Assembly (NCBI GenBank): GCA_049974095.1
Contig: JBMFJD010000007.1
Coordinates: forward strand, 1-32,000
Direction of reading: 5' to 3'
Length of the DNA stretch: 32,000 nucleotides
DNA from: Nanopusillaceae archaeon
GTDB taxonomy: Archaea > Nanobdellota > Nanobdellia > Nanobdellales > Nanobdellaceae
Shown here: positions 26,019 through 32,000 of the stretch, piece by piece
Numbering within the stretch: the stretch's first letter is position 1
How the letters are laid out: every line of letters starts with the position of its first letter
Translations under genes and position numbers: made by a program
Notes under the pieces: model-generated
What the model was told of the DNA's origin: nothing
Seen by the model: only the letters and a program-made list of their open reading frames with translations
Database searches by the model: none

Positions 26019-27332
26019 ATGTATAACTCAATACTAATTGGTGTAGATGAAATTTGGATTAAATCTGAAAATGTAAAAAAGAAACTAATTAATCTATTAA
26101 TTGATGATATAGAAAGAAGAATAAAATTTAACAAAATTGAAAATAGAAGAGGAAGAATAATTATATGGGATTATAAAGATGAATGGAGAAATATATTGCA
26201 AAAAATATTTGGAATAAAAAATATTTATCCTTCTTTTTATTTTGAAACTTCTTTAGAAAACATAATAAAATATTCATTAGAATTTTTTAAGAATTTTAAT
26301 GGAACTTTTAAGATTTCTACAAAAAGAATTGATAAAAATTTTCCATATAAATCAATAGAAATAAATAAAATTATAGGAGAAGAAATAGTAAAGAAATATA
26401 ATTTAAAAGTTGATGTAAAAAATCCTGAAAAAGAACTATTTATTGAAATACATAAAGACTATACATTTTTTTATGATAAAAAAATATCTGGATCTGGAGG
26501 CTTTCCATTGGGATCAGAAGGTAAAGGATTATTATTATTCTCCGGAGGATCTGATTCTTCTGTTGCAAGTTATATGATAGGAAAAAGAGGAATGAATATT
26601 GATTTTTTATTTATAAATCTTGCAGGGGATACATATTTACAATATATATATAGAGTTTATGAAAAATTAAAAGAATATTTTCCAGATTCTAATTTATTTG
26701 TATATAATTTGGATATCGAAAAATTATTTAATGTAAGAGAAGGATATAGACAAATATTATTTAAAGCAATAATTTATAAAATTGCAGAAGAATTTGCAAA
26801 GAAATATAATTATGATGCAATAATAACTGGAGAATCTTTAGGGCAAGTCTCATCTCAAACAATTCATTCTTTAAAAGTATTAAATAAAATAATTAATTTT
26901 CCAATATTTAGACCATTAATTGGATTTAATAAAGATGAGATAATTGAATTATCGAAGAAGATTGGAATATATGATATAAGAGCTCCAGAAATTTGTGAAA
27001 TAGAAAAGCATTCAAAAACAAAGCCAAAATATGAAATTGTTATAGAAGAATTTAAAAAAATAGATATAGATTTTGAAAAAGAAATAGAAAAAATAAATAA
27101 AATTGAAAATATTGAAATAAAGGAATATAATTTAATCTTACCAAATAAAGAAAATTTAATAATAGTAAAATCTGAAGATTTTTCAAATTATAAATTTGAA
27201 AAGGGGAAAAAATATTTATTAATATGTAAAAATGGAATATTATCAAAATATATGTCTGAAAAATTAAGAAAAGAAGGAATAGAAGCATATTATTTAGATG
27301 AAAAAACAGCTAAACGATTAAATTATATATAA
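26019..27332 (+). CDS. thiI: tRNA 4-thiouridine synthase ThiI with C-terminal rhodanese-like domain
   Basis: THUMP-type N-terminal half. PP-loop LLLFSGGSDSSVA. GESLGQVSSQT. The C-terminal ~70 aa, with YLLIC(403)KNGILSKYMSEKLRKEGI, resembles the E. coli ThiI rhodanese loop LLWCERGVMSR...LREQGF. Confidence 0.9.
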   Translation: MYNSILIGVDEIWIKSENVKKKLINLLIDDIERRIKFNKIENRRGRIIIWDYKDEWRNILQKIFGIKNIYPSFYFETSLENIIKYSLEFFKNFNGTFKISTKRIDKNFPYKSIEINKIIGEEIVKKYNLKVDVKNPEKELFIEIHKDYTFFYDKKISGSGGFPLGSEGKGLLLFSGGSDSSVASYMIGKRGMNIDFLFINLAGDTYLQYIYRVYEKLKEYFPDSNLFVYNLDIEKLFNVREGYRQILFKAIIYKIAEEFAKKYNYDAIITGESLGQVSSQTIHSLKVLNKIINFPIFRPLIGFNKDEIIELSKKIGIYDIRAPEICEIEKHSKTKPKYEIVIEEFKKIDIDFEKEIEKINKIENIEIKEYNLILPNKENLIIVKSEDFSNYKFEKGKKYLLICKNGILSKYMSEKLRKEGIEAYYLDEKTAKRLNYI

Positions 27333-27800
27333 TTTCTTCAAGAAGTTAGGTTTAAAAGTAAATTTTACTAATACATATAAGTATGTTATATTCTTCAAAT
27401 AATATAAGAGAAGCAACATATAATGATATAAAATGAATATAAATTAAATAATGAGAATTATATAAAGAAATTATTAGATAAAAGAGATGTAATATTGATA
27501 TATGAGGAAAAGAAAAATATATGGAATTTCTCATTGGTCAATTAAAGATGGTATATATTGGAATGAATATACTGGAGTAATAAAAGAAAATGGTGGGAAA
27601 AATATTTGTAAATGAGATAATCAATATAATAGAAGGAAAATACAATTATATAGGATATATTTGAGATAGAAAAAGATAATAATATAAAAATATATGGAAT
27701 AAATCCAAATAAAATAACTGGAACATTTGAACATAATGAAAAAGAATTTATAAAAGAGTTAGGAAAAGCAGTTTATTAATTTTTTCTTAAATATTTTTTT

Positions 27801-28679
27801 ATGATAATAATACCTATTGCTTTTGATTCCTTTTCTACAAGATCAATGGCTACAATTGTTAAAACAGATATTAATATATTTATTGATCCTTCTATTGCAA
27901 TTGGACCTAGAAGATATGGTTTTAAACCACATCCAATTGAATTAGAAGAAATGGATAAAAAGAAAGATGAGATAATAGAATTATCAAAAGATATAGATCT
28001 AATAATTATTACTCACTATCATTGGGATCATTGTCCAAGACCTGAAGAGAAGCATTTTAAAATATTATATAATAAAAAAATAATTTTAAAGAATATAAAC
28101 GATAAAATAAATAACTCACAAAAAAATAGAGGAAAAAGAGTAATAGGAAATTTAAAAAATAATAATGAAATTATCTTTGGAGATAATAAAAAATTTGAAA
28201 TAAATAATACATATATAGAAATTTCTCCCTCATTATTTCATGGCGAAGAAAATTCTCCTCTTGGATTTTTAATAGCTCCTTATATTGAATATAAAAACAA
28301 ATCTTTATTTTTTGGATCTGATATTCAAGGAATATTAAATGACCAAACACTAAATTATATAATTGAAAAAAATCCAGATTATATAATTTTATCTGGCCCT
28401 CCATTTTATCATCCAAAATGGGATAATAATTTAAATGACATATTTTATTCAAATATTGTAAAGTTATTAGAAAATACAAAAGTAGATAAAATAATAATTG
28501 ATCATCATATGGCAAGATCAAAAGATTATTTTAAAATATTAGAAAATCTAAATGAAATCGGAGAAAATTATGGAGCTAAATTTTTATCTGCTGCAGATTA
28601 TTTAAACATTGAAAACAAATTATTAGAAGCAAATAGAGATATCTTATATCAACAAAATAGCGCCGCCGGTGGGATTTGA
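27801..28679 (+). CDS. metallo-beta-lactamase-fold protein (archaeal UPF0282-like)
   Basis: N-terminal IIPIAFDSFSTRSMATIVKT....FIDPSIAIGPRRYG..PHP.E, then the HxHxDH-type motif ITHYHWDH. The last 19 nt run antisense into tRNA-Asn. Confidence 0.7.
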   Translation: MIIIPIAFDSFSTRSMATIVKTDINIFIDPSIAIGPRRYGFKPHPIELEEMDKKKDEIIELSKDIDLIIITHYHWDHCPRPEEKHFKILYNKKIILKNINDKINNSQKNRGKRVIGNLKNNNEIIFGDNKKFEINNTYIEISPSLFHGEENSPLGFLIAPYIEYKNKSLFFGSDIQGILNDQTLNYIIEKNPDYIILSGPPFYHPKWDNNLNDIFYSNIVKLLENTKVDKIIIDHHMARSKDYFKILENLNEIGENYGAKFLSAADYLNIENKLLEANRDILYQQNSAAGGI

Positions 28680-28732
28680 ACCCACGACCCTCCGGTTAAC
28701 AGCCGGATGCTCTACCACTGAGCTACGGCGGC
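28661..28732 (-). tRNA. tRNA-Asn (GUU), no intron, CCA not encoded
   Basis: The reverse complement folds as GCCGCCG-TA-GCTC-AGTGGTA-GAGC-A-TCCGG-CTGTTAA-CCGGA-GGGTC-GTGGG-TTCAAAT-CCCAC-CGGCGGC-G. About 65% G+C by my count. Confidence 0.93.
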
Positions 28733-28800
28733 ATATAATTAAATATAATGTAGCAAAAATTTAATATAAATTTTTATGTTAGGAAATTGTATAATAATAA

Positions 28801-29262
28801 ATGGAGGTATATGGTATTGGAATAAAAATTGAAGTAGAAAGCGGAGAATTAAAAATCAGGAAAGAAAAAAATCAAATGATATTAGAGTATAATAAACAGG
28901 TTTCTTCTAATATGTATAATGATTATAAGAAAAAATGGGAGGCAAGGATATTATTTGAGGATAATAAAATAAAGTTATTAGACAGCAATATTAATTTATA
29001 TATATATGATTTTAATCAAATAAACAATAAAGAAAGAATTTTTGGTTTTAACAAAGTAATATATCTAGGATATAACTTAAAGAAAGATGAAGAATTTGAA
29101 ATAAAAGATAAACCTTTCTTATTATCTCCTTCAGATAAGATTATACTAGGAGATGGAAAAATAGAGAGTTCTTTCTATAGCAAATTAGTAGATGAAAACA
29201 GAATATCCAGAGATATATTATATATAATGGACGGATTATTAATTATTAATAATATTATCTAA
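28801..29262 (+). CDS. hypothetical protein (153 aa)
   Basis: ORF with no competitor except a 24-nt convergent overlap with the AGOG gene. No recognisable domain. Confidence 0.55.
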   Translation: MEVYGIGIKIEVESGELKIRKEKNQMILEYNKQVSSNMYNDYKKKWEARILFEDNKIKLLDSNINLYIYDFNQINNKERIFGFNKVIYLGYNLKKDEEFEIKDKPFLLSPSDKIILGDGKIESSFYSKLVDENRISRDILYIMDGLLIINNII

Positions 29263-29949
29263 ATATTCTTTTAATTCAATAATTTTTTCTCTTAACTCTT
29301 TTTCCTCTATTTTTTCTATTTCTTCTTTATCCATTCCCATTGTTATCCATATTATAGAATCTATATGTAATAAAGGTATATTTACTTTTTTAGATAATTT
29401 TATCCAAAATTCCTTGTCTTTATTAATTTTTCCTATTCTGTTATCTATAGGAATAAATATTTCAAATGGAAAAATTATTTTATATCCAATTATCCTTAAT
29501 CCGTATCCAAAAATTTTAATAGAAAATACTATAGTTTTATCATTTTCCTTTTGTCCCATTACTTTAGCTAATTCTTTATTTAATTCTATTAACCTATCCT
29601 TATAACTGATTAAATCTTTGTTTTTTATCCAATCACATATTTTTTTCAATCTTTTAATCTTTATTTCTAGAAATCTACTATTATATTTTTCTAAAAATAC
29701 TATAAAATCTCCACATATATTTGAATGATTTTCTGAAAAAAACTTAGAAAATATTTCCCAAAATTTTTCTCCTTTATATGATAATTGAAAAGATAAAAGA
29801 GAATTAATTAAAATTAATTTTAAAAACAAGTTTTTATCCTTTAAATTTTCATATAATTTCTTTAAATATATATATTGTTTATCATAATTTTCTTCAAAAT
29901 ATAATATCTCATCTATATTGAACTTCGATAATATATCAATAAGATTCAT
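29239..29949 (-). CDS. archaeal N-glycosylase/DNA lyase (AGOG-type 8-oxoguanine DNA glycosylase)
   Basis: LINSLLSFQLSYKGEKFWEIFSKFF, NSRFLEIKIKRLKKI, DKTIVFSIKIFGYGLRI and IFIPIDNRI follow the AGOG family pattern as I recall it (vsYqL.gkGE.yW..F...f; KikRl; KT.vFa.KM.gYa; IPvD.Ri). Confidence 0.7.
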   Translation of the reverse strand: MNLIDILSKFNIDEILYFEENYDKQYIYLKKLYENLKDKNLFLKLILINSLLSFQLSYKGEKFWEIFSKFFSENHSNICGDFIVFLEKYNSRFLEIKIKRLKKICDWIKNKDLISYKDRLIELNKELAKVMGQKENDKTIVFSIKIFGYGLRIIGYKIIFPFEIFIPIDNRIGKINKDKEFWIKLSKKVNIPLLHIDSIIWITMGMDKEEIEKIEEKELREKIIELKEYLDNIINN

Positions 29950-29977
29950 TTATTAAAATTTAAAATAAACTTAATAA

Positions 29978-30250
29978 ATGGAAATAAATATAGAAGAATT
30001 CTTTTATTATCTAAATAGAGAATATGAAAAATTAAATAAAATATTTGAAAAGATAATTTTTAAGGATAAAAGATTTGAAGAATTTTTATTATCTTATTAT
30101 AAAGATATGAAATATTTTTATGAAAATAAGGAATATGTAAAAGCATTTGAATTAGAAAACTATATTTGGGGCATATTAGATGCATTAATTAATTTAAATC
30201 TAATAGAAGTACCAGAAGATTATAAAAAATGGTTTAAATTATTTGTTTAA
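29978..30250 (+). CDS. DUF357 family protein
   Basis: Small helical protein whose D..YFYENKEY.KAFE..NYIWG.LDA pattern is reminiscent of DUF357 (Da.yf...gd...Al...sYa.GwLDa). Confidence 0.6.
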   Translation: MEINIEEFFYYLNREYEKLNKIFEKIIFKDKRFEEFLLSYYKDMKYFYENKEYVKAFELENYIWGILDALINLNLIEVPEDYKKWFKLFV

Positions 30251-31414
30251 TCTCTCATATATCCTAATTAATTCATTTAATTTTGTAATTCTTTCTCCAT
30301 TAACAATTCCAAATTTTACATATGGAACTTCAAATCCAACTGTCAAATTTGCTAATATATTACTTTCTGTTTCTCCAGATCTATGAGATAATATAGGAAT
30401 TAATTCATTTTCTTTACATAATTTTACTGCATCATATGCTTTTACAATAGATCCTATTTGATTTGGTTTTATTATTACTCCCTTTACAGATTTATATACT
30501 AATGCTTTCTTTATTCTTTCAATATTTGTAACAGTCAAATCATCTCCAACTATTAATGCTTTTGTTTTATTATTTATTTCCGCAAATCCTTCAAAATCAT
30601 CCTCATATAATGGATCTTCTACATAAAATAGATCATATAATTCAATTAATGATAATACATATTTTATTTGTTCTTCTCTAGAAAATATTTTATTTCTATA
30701 ATTATATGAATTATTTTTATATAATTGAGTTGCTGCCATATCAATTCCCAAATTTACTTTTAAATTGTAATCTTCTTTTATTTCATCAAATACCATTCTA
30801 ATTATATTAAATACTGTTTCATCTTCTAAAGAAGTAACCCATGCTCCCTCATCATTTCTTCCATATAAAAATTTATCATCCAATAATTCCAATCTTTTTC
30901 CCAATAATTTATGTATATAAGATGCAACATATATTGCTAAAGGTAAATTATCTGTATCCGGAGAAATTAAAAATTCCTGTATATTTGTACTTTTTCCTTT
31001 TGCATGAGCACCACCCCCAACAACATTTGCTAATATTCTAATATTCATTTTTGGATTTTTATTAAAAAATTCATAAATTGGCCTTCCTTCATAATTTGAC
31101 CATGCTCTTAAAATTGCGTATTCCAATGCAATCAATGTATTTCCTCCATATCTTTTTATTCCTCCAATTGTTTCAAATTCTTCTTCAAATGCCCTTAAAT
31201 CATCTAATGATTGTATATCAAATGTTTTTACAAAATCTACCAATTCCTTATTAAATAGTTCTGCAGCTTTTTGAGAATCTAAATATGGAACTTCATTAGA
31301 TCCTTTACTTGCACCTTCAGGAGCAGCTTCTGAATATCCATTTATTTCAATTTCTAAAGTAGGATCACCTCTAGAATTTAATACAACTCTTGCTTTAGCA
31401 GATTTTATCTCCAT
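30239..31414 (-). CDS. eno: enolase (phosphopyruvate hydratase), short 391-aa form
   Basis: ARVVLNSRGDPTLEIEI, GIDMAATQ, YVEDPL, VGDDLTVTN, IKPNQIGS, SHRSGETES and VKFG...GER..KLNELIRI. All metal and catalytic motifs are present. Confidence 0.93.
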   Translation of the reverse strand: MEIKSAKARVVLNSRGDPTLEIEINGYSEAAPEGASKGSNEVPYLDSQKAAELFNKELVDFVKTFDIQSLDDLRAFEEEFETIGGIKRYGGNTLIALEYAILRAWSNYEGRPIYEFFNKNPKMNIRILANVVGGGAHAKGKSTNIQEFLISPDTDNLPLAIYVASYIHKLLGKRLELLDDKFLYGRNDEGAWVTSLEDETVFNIIRMVFDEIKEDYNLKVNLGIDMAATQLYKNNSYNYRNKIFSREEQIKYVLSLIELYDLFYVEDPLYEDDFEGFAEINNKTKALIVGDDLTVTNIERIKKALVYKSVKGVIIKPNQIGSIVKAYDAVKLCKENELIPILSHRSGETESNILANLTVGFEVPYVKFGIVNGERITKLNELIRIYERLNK

Positions 31415-31453
31415 AAATATAATTTTATGTTTTCAAATTTTAATAAATGTTTA

Positions 31454-32000
31454 AAATAAATTTAGAAAATCTATTAATATTATGAAGAACATATTAATTA
31501 CAGGAGCTGGGGGACCTGCTGGTATAAATGTAATTAAATTATTGAAAGATAATGAATAAAGATTTACAGTTGCTCCAGCCAACCCATTATAAACCGATGA
31601 ATAATTAGCAACTTGTAAAACAATCTGAGTATAATTCGATGGATTTATACTACTAGGATATCCAGCATTTTGTATAAAACTACAAGAAGCTCCACTTACA
31701 TTATAATTACATATATCAGTATCTCCATTAGTACCTCCTATTTTTATATATAAATTATTTAAACTAATAGAAACACTACAGTATTCAGTATTCTGTAAAT
31801 TACTTTTTTCTTTAAAATCTACTACTTTTTTATATTTGTTACACTAACGTATTAACAATTAATAGTTTCTGACGCAATCTGATTTCCTCCATAGAGTATA
31901 TAAATTGTTGCTCCGGTCAAACTACTTACCGAATTATTAACATAAATATCAATTATAGATATATTTCCTGGAGAAATATATTGTATTGAGGAAGAAGAAA
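31454..32000 (-). pseudogene. disrupted (or mis-assembled) Cys/Asn/Ser-rich secreted-protein gene running in from beyond the window
   Basis: On the minus strand, 48 open codons run from the window edge (..SSSSIQYISPGNISIIDIYVNNSVSSLTGATIYILYGGNQIASETINC) to TAA at 31854..31852. A different frame is then open for 130 codons (31843..31454: CNKYKKVVDFKEKSNLQNTEYCSVSISLNNLYIKIGGTNGDTDICNYNVSGASCSFIQNAGYPSSINPSNYTQIVLQVANYSSVYNGLAGATVNLYSL...), with no ATG/GTG start and only a far-internal in-frame TTG. 130 stop-free codons are very unlikely by chance in this composition. Confidence 0.5.
31482..31559 (+). pseudogene. 25-codon N-terminal remnant of a Rossmann/ATP-grasp-type enzyme (MKNILITGAGGPAGINVIKLLKDNE-stop)
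   Basis: The GC-rich glycine-loop motif ITGAGGPAG is typical of the N-termini of archaeal ATP-grasp/nucleotide-binding enzymes. The frame stops after 25 codons, and nothing downstream on this strand continues it. Confidence 0.4.

Noticed and set aside
27352-27534. 60-aa minus-strand ORF in the long spacer after thiI.
   Set aside because: Low-complexity Ile/Leu/Tyr/His/Ser string barely above the length cut-off. Length is within chance expectation for this composition.
27333-28800. Integrated element at tRNA-Asn (long spacer on one side, orphan ORF on the other, CDS overlapping the tRNA).
   Set aside because: No integrase, no viral or plasmid gene, and I could not find a duplicated copy of the tRNA 3' segment (att-like direct repeat) in the window.
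1-32000. Search for CRISPR arrays, C/D-box sRNAs (RUGAUGA ... CUGA in spacers), other GC-rich structured RNAs, IS elements and terminal inverted repeats.
   Set aside because: No regularly spaced 25-40 nt repeats. No box C/D pairs in intergenic DNA. The only GC-rich islands are the two tRNAs and a glycine-loop coding patch at 31500-31522. No transposase- or integrase-like ORF. A by-eye scan cannot exclude short or degenerate elements.

Overview
Very AT-rich (by eye roughly 20-25% G+C), extremely gene-dense archaeal chromosomal segment. Archaeal origin is supported by topoisomerase VI (top6B-top6A), TFS, an AGOG-type 8-oxoguanine glycosylase, a Sec11-type signal peptidase, and a tRNA-Tyr with C1-G72 and a canonical bulge-helix-bulge intron. 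The two tRNA genes are GC-rich islands (tRNA-Asn ~65% G+C by my count) in AT-rich DNA, the usual signature of a thermophile. A small-genome DPANN/Nanoarchaeota-like host is only a guess. I annotate about 38 protein genes, 2 tRNAs and 3 gene remnants. Content is mostly housekeeping and fermentative metabolism (tungsten AOR, 2-oxoacid:ferredoxin oxidoreductase beta, ADP-forming acetyl-CoA synthetase beta, enolase, AsnA-like, ThiI, M20 peptidase, GH1, HDAC-family deacetylase, UppP, SPFH) plus about 10 orphan ORFs. I found no CRISPR array, transposase, integrase or recognisable defence/toxin system, and I cannot honestly point to one clear novel multi-gene system. The best leads are: (1) an orphan EncFtn-like half-ferritin with no encapsulin shell; (2) an ATGA-coupled DUF523 (TudS-like Fe-S desulfidase)-DUF72 pair next to an ATGA-coupled small protein-PPP phosphatase pair; (3) an overlapping HDAC-family deacetylase-GH1 operon; (4) partner-less beta subunits of two heteromeric enzymes; (5) a sequon-rich surface protein; (6) decayed genes and a probable rearrangement junction at the window ends; (7) extreme compaction (19-39 bp divergent spacers, overlapping convergent 3' ends, a CDS ending inside a tRNA gene). 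All homology calls come from motif recognition by eye, not database searches.
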